Assembly: GCF_006345805.1 (NCBI RefSeq) | Contig: NC_043011.1 | Coordinates: forward strand, 42,296,464 to 42,360,463 | DNA: 64,000 nucleotides | Source of the DNA: Octopus sinensis | Lineage: Eukaryota | Direction of reading: 5' to 3' | In this document: positions 23,699 to 36,344 of the stretch, one piece after another | Layout of the letters: each line of letters starts with the position of its first letter | Numbering within the stretch: position 1 is the first letter of the stretch | Program-made: the position numbers and the translations under genes | The notes under the pieces: generated by a model | Databases searched by the model: none | What the model was told of the DNA's origin: nothing | What the model saw: the letters and a program-made list of their open reading frames with translations, nothing else

Positions 23699-24901
23699 GC
23701 CTGGATGGATTATAAGAGAATAAGGTGAGTTAAGAACCCCCAGGTTAAAGGTGGCAAAAAAATAATAAAATATTAATGTTTAGTTATAGTTGGGGATGGT
23801 CACATTTGTTTTGTCAGTTAACCACACACACACACTATATTCTTGGAATTCACTTTACTTTTATTATTATTATTATTATTATTATTTTAATGTCCGTCTG
23901 AAATCCTTCATCACACACCCTGTGACCTCTTCAATGACTCTCCATCCCATGTGTTTCCTCCTGACTCCCTAACACACACATGCATGCACACACAGACCCT
24001 CCACCCAAATAATTTACTGAATAACCTTACAGTTGGAAACCATAGTTATTAATTCTGAATTCATGTAAAACAAACACAAAATATAGCTTTCAGCTTTTAC
24101 TTGTTAAATCATTGGTCTGTGGCCATGCTGGGGCACTGCCTTTAAGAGTTGAGTGAAACAAATCAACTTCAACATTTACTTTTTATCATGGAGCACTCCG
24201 TCGGTTACGACGACGAGGGTCCCAGCTGATACGATCAAAGGAACAGTTTGCTCGTGAAATTAACATGCAAGTGACTGAGCAATCCACAGACACGTGTACC
24301 CCTAACATAGTTCTCAGGGAGATTCAGTGTGACACAGTGTGACAAGGCCGGCCCTTTGAATCCAGGTACTACTCATTTTTGCCAGCTGAGTGGACTGGAG
24401 CAACGTGAAATGAAGTGTCTTGCTCAAGGACACAACGTGTCGCCTGGAATGGAACTCACAACCCTACAGTTGTGAGCCGAATGCCCTAACCACTAAGCCA
24501 CATGCCTTCACAAGCTTTTTATCAAGTGTAGTATTTATTCTATCATTCTCTTTTGCTGAACCACTAAATGACAAGGATGACAACAAACCAACACCAGCTG
24601 TCAAGTGGTGATGGGAAAAACAAATACAAATATACGATAGGTTTCCACATCGTTTATGTCTATCAAGTTCATCACAAGGCATTTGGTGGCTCAGGGTAAT
24701 AGTAGAAGATGCCCAAGGTGCCACACACGAGGAACGAACCCAAAACCACAGGGTTGCATTTGAATGCAAGCTTCTTAATCCACACAACCAAAATATCTAA
24801 AAACAAAAAAAAAAAATAGGGAAAATCTAAAAAGACAACAGATGAAGGATGAGGGAAATAAAAAAAAAATCCTTTTGAAAGAGGACTTCATAAAGGTTTA
24901 C

Positions 24902-25053
24902 CTCATTAATATTAAGAGAATCCCAGACATCAAGGATAGAACTTCTGTAGAATTCAGAATGAGGGCGACTTCGATTATGTTTGCCAAAGAATACATCAGC
25001 AGGGCTAGACATGGAATTGGTGTTGAATGAGAAGGCTTTATACCACGAAGAGT
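24902..25053 (-). CDS. Coding exon 2 of the same gene (start of Trp-rich uncharacterised domain)
   Basis: Long pyrimidine tract ending ttctcttcaag|AC, phase 1, completing G|AC = Asp with exon 1. Donor GAG|GTAAAC, phase 0; 152 nt. Encodes DSSWYKAFSFNTNSMSSPADVFFGKHNRSRPHSEFYRSSILDVWDSLNINE. Confidence 0.8.
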
Positions 25054-25501
25054 CTTGAAGAGAAAAGAAAAAAATTCTAAGGAGACAAATAAAAGAAAAA
25101 ACAAAAAGCATACAATTGATGAGATTACTTAGTGTACACATTATTGTAATTATTGTTTTAACATTCTATTCTCCATGCTTGCATGGGTCAGACAGAATTC
25201 ATTGATACTGATTACCTACAGCTGGATACCTTTCCTGTTGCTAATGCTCACCTGTCACCAAGCAAGGTAATATTTTCCTATTGTGGTTATATTTTTTTTA
25301 AGGGAGATTGGAAATAAAGGACACTGCTTCTACATTGGTAATGCTCATTTTACAAGCATTGCAGAGATCAGATTGGAGTCTGGTGCAGCCTTCCAGCTTG
25401 CCATCCCTGGTCAAACTGTCCAGCTCATGCCAGCATGGACAACGGATGTTAAATGATGATGATTATGCACAATGTCAAGTCAAGGAGACACACTATTCCC
25501 A

Positions 25502-25561
<60 letters not shown>

Positions 25562-26031
25562 CTCCTTCTATATAATAAATTAATTTTACTCTACTATGTA
25601 TTGAGTACCTTATTTACTGTGGTTAACCCCGAATCAACCCGGGACCTACATATATATATATATATATATTTGTTATTATTTTATTTATTTATTTATATAA
25701 ATAAATAAATAAATAAATAAAATAATAAAAATACATATATATATATATATTTAAAATTTATAAGTTTAATTTATTAATTTAAATAATTTTTTAAAATTTT
25801 AACTTTAATTTAAATATTTTAATTGGATTTTTATATTTTATATTTTTTATATTTTTTATTTAATTTTATTTCTATGTATTGGCTGTTTGATTTGATTTGA
25901 TTTGCCTAATTGTGGTTTTATCTCTAATTTAATATAATATATATTTATACTATAAAATTAGATTTAATCCTAAATCTAATTTTTCCCTGTAAGTTTGGAT
26001 TTACTCCCTAATATTTTATCAGTTTCCTTAC

Positions 26032-26392
26032 CGTAAGTCTGTATGTAGGAAACATCTTTCCATGAAGACGAGGTGGTAATCATTTGCCAATCGGAGAACC
26101 TCTCACATTTCCTCTTCCTCCAAAAGGTGAAAAAGGTGCAACTCGGTGATTCCATGCAAAATACGCTGCACTCAATAACACTGCGCACCCTCCTCTCTTG
26201 ACGATGACGGCTTCCATTGATGCCAAAGGAACGTCTGAAATTCTTGGTGGGAATCTTTCTGTAAGTTACATTTCGAACCATGTTGGATTGTGAAATTGCA
26301 GCCTGTTGACAAATGGTGCAAAAAACGTGCAGAAACAACAACAGTCGCAACAGATGGTCAGCCCTTTGTATGAGTTTCTCTAGAAGTTTCAT
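26032..26392 (-). CDS. Coding exon 1 of a spliced minus-strand gene: signal-peptide-like N-terminus + PAN/apple-like module
   Basis: Acceptor ttgcctttatctttcag|TA ATG (exon starts 26394, ATG 26392) and donor TAC G|GTAAGG at 26032/26031 (phase 1). Translation MKLLEKLIQRADHLLRLLLFLHVFCTICQQA...RSVIECSVFCMESPSCTFFTFWRKRKC. The C-x3-C-x5-C-x-F-x-F-x5-C pattern resembles the 4-Cys PAN core (recognised by eye, no HMM run). Confidence 0.8.
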
Positions 26393-29220
26393 TACTGAAA
26401 GATAAAGGCAAACATCCATCACTGCTTTCAGTTTACAACTGTCAACATGAAAAAGATGTAAATAACATATTTTATAAATAATTCAGGATGATGATGATGA
26501 TGATGATGATGAATTACGATGATCTCTGTCTGGCACCTGTGCGGGTGGCACGTAAAAAGCACCCACTACACTCACGGAGTGGTTGGCGTTAGGAAGGGCA
26601 TCCAGCCGTAGAAACACTGCCAGATCTGACTGGGCCTGATGAAGCCTTCCAGCTTCACAGACCCCAGTTGAACCGTCCAACCCATGCTAGCATGGAAAAC
26701 AGACGCTAAATGATAGAGATGATGATGATGAAAAACAACCAAGTTTCAGAAATTTGTTGGAGAAATTGGGATTGAGATGAAGGTAGAAGATGCTCAGAAA
26801 AATGCTTTATTGGGGGACAGCAAGGATTTTGGAACTGGTGCTTGGATGTTAAGTATCCTGAAAAGAGACTCTGTGAAATCCTTGACAACAGGTTGTTGTC
26901 CCCTCTTATGGAATTGAACCAGAGCAAGTAGAATCTGAGAAGTACATTGACCAGAGGGCACTTGAAAAATAGGGGGTGTTACCGCAGTCCATTGATAATG
27001 AACACTGACAGTGACCCCATCCTCCTCCTTTGTTAGAAGCTGAGCAAAGGAAACATAATAATAATAATAACCATTACTATGATAAGCACAAGGCCAGTAA
27101 TTTCAAGGGAAACAAAAAGTCAATTACATTGACCCCAGTGGTCAACTTGTATTTATTTTAGAAAGGGATGAAAAGTGAAGTCAACCTCGGCAGAATTTGA
27201 ACTCAGAACACATACTATAAAAGTATTTTCCCCCGAACCCTGATGATGATGGTGATTTCAGTCTTTAGTGGACTGTAACAAAGTTGACTGGTTTGGCCCC
27301 AGTGTATGTCAGGTACCTATGAATTTCAAGGGATTTGAACTCTGAACAGAATCATCATTATCGACTCCTGGACATTTCTGTCTCAAGTCCGAGGACCCAT
27401 AGGGCCAGTTACCCAGTTCCCATGGAGCAGAAGTAAATGGGGCACAGGTTTGTAGTGGGGTCAGTCATTTATGACTGATTGGACTGGACCAACACGAAAT
27501 GTTTTACTCAAAAACACAACACACACCCTGGTCCAGGAATTGAAACTGTGATCTGGGAGCCATGAGTACAACACCTTAACCACTAGGCCACAGGACTTTT
27601 CTTGAACATAGTGGATGGAACTAAATATTGGAAAAAAAGAAAAGAGAAAGAAGAACAAGAAAAACCATAATGTTAACCCTTTAACTGTGAAACTGAATTC
27701 CAATGTTATTCCAGAAATGATCTTAAATATCCATCAAAAAATAGAATTGGTATTTTCTGCAAGTCATGACCCCTCAATAAACTGGACATATCACAACAAA
27801 AATTACTATCAAACATAATATTCCTCAAGAAAAGATAGATTCACATATAAAACTGCTTCTGTAGTTAAAGGTAATGAAATTTTAAGTGGATTTTATCTGA
27901 TTTCTGCAGTAAAAAAAGTTAAATCATATTAAATAATATTAAATATTATATTTCCATACCTTTTGGTTTAAAATATGAATAACAATACTGATAACAAAAT
28001 AATGGTAACTAATATTAATTGTATCCAAATATTTTTGTGATTAAATCATATTGTCCGGTCCTGTCACTTTAAATTGGTAAAATAATTAGAATGTGACCAC
28101 TTCAAATTGTTGGAAATGTTTTGGAAACTGGATTAAAAGATTTTTAATAAAATCAGGAAGAAATAAACTGGTCAGAAAATATTCACAAGAAAGTTGGCAT
28201 CATGAGAGAAGGTTGGGTTGACATTTCATTCTTGGAGTACGTCTGTCTGTGAGAAGAACATAAATTGGCAGTTTCACTGGGAATGGTGGAGAAGAGTCTT
28301 GGCATCAAAACTGACTTAATTCTTAGTGAAAAGTTGAGTGGAAATAACTGGAAAAAAAACAGAGACGTCATTTGGTTGTAGAAGAAATATGTGAAGTTGA
28401 CCAGAAATTTGACTGAAAAGCATCCAAGAGATTTTAAACAAGTTGACTGGATGACTGGAAAGAAATTACTGCAAGGCTGAAATGAAATGTTTATATGTGT
28501 GTGTGTATATAGAGAGAGAGACAGACAGACAGACAGAGAGAGTAATTTAACTAACCTTTATACCAGTTTCCAATTAAGACAAAGCTAAAATAGAGAGATT
28601 TAACAGTGAATCTATTTTCTGGTTGAATGCACCTGAATACAGGTGCAGATGGCTCAAAGCCCTTGTGGTGATGGTGGGAGTATAATTAGTAGTGTTAGTA
28701 AGTAAAAGGAAAAAAAAAAGAGCAAGAAAAACAATGATATTTTGTAATCAAAAGACAGGTTTGTTATGTTTACAAGGAACTAACTTTGCACAATCCAGTT
28801 ATTTAAGATACCTGTCGAAACAATTGAATTTACAATAATCATTATTGATATTGATAATCATTATTGATACAAAAATATTGACGATGATGGAGTTGGTTGT
28901 GGTGGTGAGATAACGAGAGTGATCACACGTGTGGTGTTTGCAGTGATGGGAATGGAGATGGTGGTGGTGACAGGGATGTTTTCAGTGGTTGTAATGATGA
29001 TGATGATGGTGCCGTTACCACAGAAAAACAAGCAAAACTATTTCCTGTGAGGATTGTGTTACACTGTGTGAGGATGCACACACACACATACATACTAATC
29101 TTCTATGCTGGTATAGCTCTCTCTCTCATGTATATATATTACATATACATACATGTACATCTATATACATATACATACATGTACATCTATATACATATAC
29201 ATACATGTACATCTATATAC

Positions 29221-29342
<122 letters not shown>

Positions 29343-29355
29343 GTATATATATATA

Positions 29356-29902
29356 GGGAGAGTTTACAAAAAAAACAAAAGACGAAAACAGGTTGTGTAC
29401 AAAACAAACAGATGTGTGTATATATATATACACACACTTACATACAAGGTGTTGAAAAATTCTTGGCTTTAGGGGTATCACGAAAGATCTGGTTGGAGGC
29501 CCAACCTTCTGTGTTCTTTTACAGGGCTTAGAAAAACTGAAGGACCGCTGCAATAATTGTGTGAATCTGAGAGGAGAATGTTGAATAAAATCATAATTAA
29601 CTGATTCTCTGGAATTTTGTTTTATCCAAAGCCAGAAACCTTTCAGCAACACCTCATGTGTGTGTGTGTGTGTGCTAGAGTTTGAGGTAAATGGACAGTG
29701 AAAGTGAGGTAAACTGTGGAAAATCTGGAGAGGACAGGTGGAGGAGGAGGAGGTTGGGAGGGTTGGCTTGAGAAGGTAGGATGCCCAAAACCAGGCAAGA
29801 TGGGGAGATGGTGGGAGGGTGATTGCTATGGCATTGAAGTAGATCCAGCCACCCCCGTTAACAGGGACAAAACCCAAATTCAAAATGATGGATGATGATG
29901 TG

Positions 29903-29972
<70 letters not shown>

Positions 29973-30521
29973 GGGAGAGTTTACAAAAAAAACAAAAGAC
30001 GAAAACAGGTTGTGTACAAAACAAACAGATGTGTGTATATATATATACACACACTTACATACAAGGTGTTGAAAAATTCTTGGCTTTAGGGGTATCACGA
30101 AAGATCTGGTTGGAGGCCCAACCTTCTGTGTTCTTTTACAGGGCTTAGAAAAACTGAAGGACCGCTGCAATAATTGTGTGAATCTGAGAGGAGAATGTTG
30201 AATAAAATCATAATTAACTGATTCTCTGGAATTTTGTTTTATCCAAAGCCAGAAACCTTTCAGCAACACCTCATGTGTGTGTGTGTGTGTGCTAGAGTTT
30301 GAGGTAAATGGACAGTGAAAGTGAGGTAAACTGTGGAAAATCTGGAGAGGACAGGTGGAGGAGGAGGAGGTTGGGAGGGTTGGCTTGAGAAGGTAGGATG
30401 CCCAAAACCAGGCAAGATGGGGAGATGGTGGGAGGGTGATTGCTATGGCATTGAAGTAGATCCAGCCACCCCCGTTAACAGGGACAAAACCCAAATTCAA
30501 AATGATGGATGATGATGTGAT

Positions 30522-30589
<68 letters not shown>

Positions 30590-31160
30590 GGGAGAGTTTA
30601 CAAAAAAAACAAAAGACGAAAACAGGTTGTGTACAAAACAAACAGATGTGTGTATATATATATACACACACTTACATACAAGGTGTTGAAAAATTCTTGG
30701 CTTTAGGGGTATCACGAAAGATCTGGTTGGAGGCCCAACCTTCTGTGTTCTTTTACAGGGCTTAGAAAAACTGAAGGACCGCTGCAATAATTGTGTGAAT
30801 CTGAGAGGAGAATGTTGAATAAAATCATAATTAACTGATTCTCTGGAATTTTGTTTTATCCAAAGCCAGAAACCTTTCAGCAACACCTCATGTGTGTGTG
30901 TGTGTGTGCTAGAGTTTGAGGTAAATGGACAGTGAAAGTGAGGTAAACTGTGGAAAATCTGGAGAGGACAGGTGGAGGAGGAGGAGGTTGGGAGGGTTGG
31001 CTTGAGAAGGTAGGATGCCCAAAACCAGGCAAGATGGGGAGATGGTGGGAGGGTGATTGCTATGGCATTGAAGTAGATCCAGCCACCCCCGTTAACAGGG
31101 ACAAAACCCAAATTCAAAATGATGGATGATGATGTGATTATATATATATATATATATATT
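29356..31160. repeat. Tandem triplication of a 617-bp unit bounded by (TA)n
   Basis: Unit starts (gggagagtttac) at 29356, 29973, 30590. Each unit contains a mariner MITE and a purine-rich segment. Confidence 0.97.
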
Positions 31161-31168
31161 TAACTTGT

Positions 31169-31290
31169 TTGTTTACGTATTTCATATTATTTGTACTGTT
31201 GGTGACGTCCTATACCCATATATATATATATATGCATATACGGGTATAGGACGTCACCAACAGTACAAATAACATGAAATATGTAAACAA
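31169..31290. repeat. Miniature foldback element (about 50-bp arms, TA spacer)
   Basis: gtactgttggtgacgtcctataccc / gggtataggacgtcaccaacagtac and flanking arms. Confidence 0.9.
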
Positions 31291-32905
31291 CGAGTATAGT
31301 GAAGAACGTGTATAGTGAAGAATTCCAGGTAGAAGTAGGGGTCCACCAAGGTTCAGCCCTTAGTCCCCTTCTATTCATCATAGTCCTCCAAGCAATAACA
31401 GAGGAATTCAAGACGGGTTGCTCCTGGTAGCTCCTCTATGCTGATGACCTGGCCCTCATAGCAGAATCACTACCGGAACTAGAAAAGAAATTTCGGGTGT
31501 GGAAGCTAGGTTTAGAATCGAAGGGCCTTAGAGTAAATGTAGCAAAGACCAAAGTTATAGTAAGCAGAAAGGCGAACTCATCACACTTGGGCAGGTGGCC
31601 CTGCTCGATCTGTAGAAAAGATGTAGGTAGAAACTCTATAAGATGTATCCAGTGTAAGATATGGATGCATAAGAGGTGCAGCAACATCAAAGGAAAATTA
31701 ACTGAGAAGATAGCTTTCATGTGCAGCAGATGCACAGGGGCAATAAACACCACAGATTCTCAGAAAACAGATTCCATCACACTCCAGGGGAAGAAGCCAG
31801 AAGTAGTTGATAGTTTCCGCTACCAAGGTGACCAAGTTAGTAGTGGAGGTGGATGCTCAGAGAGTGTCACCACTAGAATACGAATAGCCTGGGAAAAGTT
31901 TAGAAAGTTCCTACCCCTACTGGTGACAAAGGGTCTCTCGCTCAGAGTGAAAGGTAGATTGTACGATGCATGCGTGCGAACTGCCATGCTTCACGGTAGT
32001 GAAACATGGGCTGTGACAGCAGAGGACATGCGTAGACTTGAAAGAAATGAAGCTAGCATGATCTGCTGGATGTGTAATGTCAGTGTGCACGCACGACAGA
32101 GTGTAAGCACTCTGAGAGAAATGCTGGACATAAGAAGCATCAGATGTGGTGTGCAAGAGAGACATTTGCGCTGGTATGGTCATGTACTGTGGATGGATGA
32201 GGAGAGATGTGTGAAGAAGTGCCACTCCCAAACAGTTGAAGGTATCAGGAGGAGAGGTAGACCCAGGAAGACATGGGATGAGGTAGTCAAGCATGACCTT
32301 CGAACGTTGGGCCTCACAGAGGCAATGACGAAAGACCAAGATCTCAGGATATATGCTGTGACTGCAAAGACCCGGGCTGCTTCCTGCACCAGTCTTGCAT
32401 AGCCCCAGCCCATTCAAAGTGCCTTGGATTGCAGAATGACCTGCCTTGCTTACCTTGGATCATAGGGTGACCTGCTGTGCTTGAGGAGACCTACAGAGTC
32501 AAGTACATCAATATCAAAATAAATATCAAATGGAAATTGTAGTTACGATACCTGTGCTGGCGGCACATAAAAAGCACCATCCGAACGTGGCCGATGCCAG
32601 CGCCGCCTTGACTGGCTTCTGTGCCGGTGGCACATGACCTGCTGTGCTTGAGGAGACCTATTGAGTCAAGTACATCAACATCAAAATAAATATCAAATAG
32701 AAATTGTTGTTGTGATACCTGTGCCAGTGGCACATAAAAAGCACCCACTGTACTCACGGAGTGGTTGGCATTAGGAGGGGCATCCAGCTGTAGAAACACT
32801 GCCAGATCAGCCTGGAGCCTGGTGCAGCCCCTTGGCTTCCCAGACCCCAGTTGAACCATCCAACCCATGCTAGCACGGAAAACGGACGTTAAACGATGAT
32901 GATAA
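31291..32905 (+). mobile_element. 5'-truncated RTE LINE: RT C-terminal half, 3' UTR, (TGA)n tail
   Basis: VHQGSALSPLLF, LYADDL (stop just upstream), 301-aa ORF 31497-32402 with Cys-rich insert and LRWYGHV...GRPRKTW. Confidence 0.95.
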
Positions 32906-33344
32906 TGAAACGAGTTAGATATGTAAACAACAAAAAAATGGAAAACAGGGCAAATAAACAGAGAGTAAAGACCCTTCATCAGCTTTCTGCTGTCTGTCTA
33001 CTACTCATTTCGAGCATCCAACAACAATATGAAACTTCAAAGACATGCATCCAAAATGTGTGTGTGCGTACATTCCATAGGGAACGTACACACACACAAA
33101 CTCTGTTTTATTATATAATATATATATTAAGGATTAATCTTCAATACATATACTCTATGTGCACCCTGGAATTCCTGGAAGTTGATCCAACGATGAATGC
33201 AAAATATTACTGATGACACCTGGTGGACACACAACTTACTCTGAAACAAGGTTTGGATATTGTGTTTAATGCATATTTTCTAAACCTTAATCCTTTCAAC
33301 TTTAAAACAGACTTTATATATATATATATATATATCTATATATA

Positions 33345-35322
33345 TCTATATATATAAAACTCTAGTTGTGTGAGTGTCTGTCCCCTTCGATTTAGATTCC
33401 TAACTCCTCCCACATTTTGCAGTGCAGTTTAACCAAATTCGGGTATCTTATAGTCGTGATTCATATCGAGCCCGTCTGACTATTAGCGCGCGTCAACGAT
33501 GAGTCTACGATTTTAAAAATAATTTAACATCATTTTTTATTCCATTTTAATGCATAAAATGCATCGTATGTCGATGGCGGCGGAGTTGGCGTCCACGCTC
33601 ACAGCTGCACCTGTTTGCTTCTCCCCCTTCCCTCCCTCGTGAAGCTGTGGGGAAGGGAGTGTAAAGAAATCAACGTCGTAATGCGTTGTGAAGGAAACCA
33701 GCGTTCTTTTAGAACAACAACTTCATGGCTTGAAGACACCAAAACAAAAATGGCTAAGAAAGCCCGAATTTATAAGGGAAGTAACTCTCTAAAAATGCTT
33801 ATATAGTTACAAACCCGAGCAACGCCGGGCGATACTGCTAGTATATATATAAAAGTAAAGTTGTGTGAGTGTCTGTCTCCTAGGATTTAGATTCCTAACT
33901 ACTCCCACATTTTGCGGTGCAGTTTAACCAAATTCGGGTATCTTATAGTCGTGATTCATATCGAGACCGTCTGGGTATTAGCGCGCGTCTACGATGACTC
34001 TACGATTTTAAAAAATAATTTAACATCATTTTTTTCCATTTCTTCCAAATTTTTCGTGTGTCGATGGTGGCGGAGTTGGCGTCCACGCTCACACCTGCAC
34101 CTGTGTTGCTTCTCCCCCTTCTTCCCTCCCTCGTAAAGTGTGACTACGCAGTCACACTTTCGCGCATGCGCAGTCACACATTCGCGCATGCGTAGTCACA
34201 CTTCGCGCATGCGCAGTTACACATTCGCGCATGCGCAGTCACACGTTCGCGCATGCGTATTCACACGTTCGCATATACGTAGTCACACTGGGGCATGCAT
34301 AGTCACATATCCGCGCATGCGCACTCATACTTTCGCGCATGCACATTCACACTTTTGCGCATGCGCAGTTACACGTTCGCGCATGCGCAGTCACACATTC
34401 GCGCATGCGTAGTCACACTTTCGCGCATGCGCAGTCACATATCTGCGCATGCGCTTGTTCGCGCATGCGCAGTCAAATTTTCGCGCATGCGCAGTCGAAC
34501 GTTCGCGCATGCGCAATCACTTTCGCGCATTCACACTTTCACGCATCCGCAGTCGAACGTTCGCGCATGCGCAGTCACATATCCGCGCATGCGCATTCAC
34601 ACTTTCGTGCATGCGCAGTTACACTTTCGTGTAGCCACACGTTCGCGCTTGTGAGGTCACACTTTCGCGCACGCGCAGTAACGTTCGCGCATGCGCAGTC
34701 ACACGTTCGAGCATGCGCATTTAAACTTTCGCGTAAGCGGAGTCACACGTTCGCGCATGCGCAATCACACATTCATGCATGCGCAGTCACACTTTCGCGC
34801 ATGCGCAGTCACACGTTCACGCATGAACTCGTTCGCGCATGCGCAGTCGTACCTTCGCGCATGCGCAGTCGTACCTTCGCGCATGCGCAGTGACACGTTC
34901 GCGCATGCGCAGTCACACTTTCCACAAATCTTTATATATAAAAGTGAAGTTGTGTGTCTGTCTCCTACAATTTAGATTCCTAACTACTCCCACATTTTGT
35001 GGTGCAGTTTAACCAAAACCGGGTATCTTATAGTCGTGATTCATATCGAGCCCTTCTGGGTATTAGCGCACGTCTACGATGAGTATACGATTTTCAAAAT
35101 AATTTACCATCATTTTTTTCCATTTTAATGCATTTTTTGCTATTATATAAGGGAAGTAACTCTCTGAAAATGTCTCCGATGAGTCAACGATTTAAAAAAA
35201 AATTACTATAATTGTTTTTCCATTTTTAATGCATTTTTTTGCTATTTTTGGCTATAACTCTCTAAAAATGCTTTATAGTTATTTCCCTTACAAACCCGAG
35301 CAACGCCGGGCGATACTGCTAG
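33345..35322 (+). mobile_element. Head-to-tail cluster of non-autonomous Helitron-like elements (three 5' ends, two 3' ends)
   Basis: 5' ends TC(T/A)TATATATAAAA at about 33345, 33843 and 34929. 3' ends have hairpin CCCG-agcaacgc-CGGG followed by CTAG|T at 33838-33841 and 35319-35322. Confidence 0.8.
34140..34920. repeat. CpG-rich about 22-bp minisatellite with GCGCATGCGC core, inside the Helitron-like cluster
   Basis: Unit approximately ttcgcgcatgcgcagtcacac(g/a/t); about 20 intact GCGCATGCGC cores counted by eye. Confidence 0.95.
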
Positions 35323-35943
35323 TATATATATATATATATGTATGTATCATTATCATCATCATTTAACATCCGCTTTCCATTCTAGCATGGGTTGGACAAT
35401 TTGACTGAGGACTGGCGAACCAGATGGCTGCAATCTGATCTGGCAGAGTTTCTACAACTGGATGCGCTTCCTAACCCCAACCATTCCGACAGTGTAGTGG
35501 GTGCTTTTACATGCAACTGGCACGAGGGCCAGTCTGGCGGTACTGGCAATGGCTATGCTCAAAATGGTGTTTTTTACGTGCCACCTGCACAGGATTCAGT
35601 CCAGCAGCACTGGCAACGACCTCGCTCGAATGTTTTGTTCACGTGCCAGTAAGGCGATGCTGGTAACGATCATACTCAAATGGTGCTTTTTACGTGCCAC
35701 CGGCACACAAGTCAAACAGCTGCTCTGGCAGTGATCCCGCTCGGATGGAGCTGTTAGCACTCCACTGGCACAGGTGCCAATAAAATGTACACAATATATA
35801 TATATATAAGCACACTCACTCACAATTTTAATCATTCTGTTTCCATCTACCAAATTCACTGGGATGTAAACTTCTTAACTAGCTGTACCTACTCCTCTGT
35901 ATGTGCGTATACTTAAGAGTGAGTGAGTGTGTGTGTGTGTGTG

Positions 35944-36299
35944 GGCGTGGCTGTGTGATAAGTAGCTTGCTTCCCAACCACATGGTTCCAGGTTCAGTCC
36001 CACTACAGGTCACCTTGGGTAAGTGTTTTCTACTATAGCCTCTGGCCGACCAAAGCCTTGTGAGTGGATTTGATAGACGGAAACTGAAAGAAGCCTGTCA
36101 TATATATGTGTGCGTCTGTGTTTGTCCCCCCACCATTGCTTAACAACCGATGTTGGTGTGTTTACATCCGCATAACTTAGCGGTTTGGCAAAAGAGACCA
36201 ATAGGATAAGTACTAGGTTTACAAAGAATAAGTCCTGGGGTCAACTTGTTTGACTAAAGGCGATGCTCCAGCATGGCCGCATTCAAATGACAAACAAAA

Positions 36300-36300
<1 letters not shown>
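35944..36300 (+). mobile_element. tRNA-derived SINE, family C (others at about 7600-7710 +, 19585-19745 -, 44300-44665 -, 63545-63680 +)
   Basis: ggcgtggctgtgtgataagtagcttgcttcccaaccacatggttccaggttcagtccc head with A/B boxes; the body is shared among copies. Confidence 0.85.

Positions 36301-36344
<44 letters not shown>

Noticed and set aside
25630-25870. Extremely AT-rich, nearly C/G-free stretch as a regulatory or origin element
   Set aside because: Looks like degraded simple repeats or a low-quality consensus; no definable structure.
28183-28371. Minus-strand ORF with a tttttttccag acceptor as an upstream exon
   Set aside because: No recognisable domain or good donor, and it ends in a stop; could be UTR but there is no evidence.
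32955-33260. CTGATGA motifs at about 32975 (-) and 33210 (+) as hammerheads
   Set aside because: No correctly placed GAAA after a closing stem II and no convincing stem I/III; at best highly eroded.
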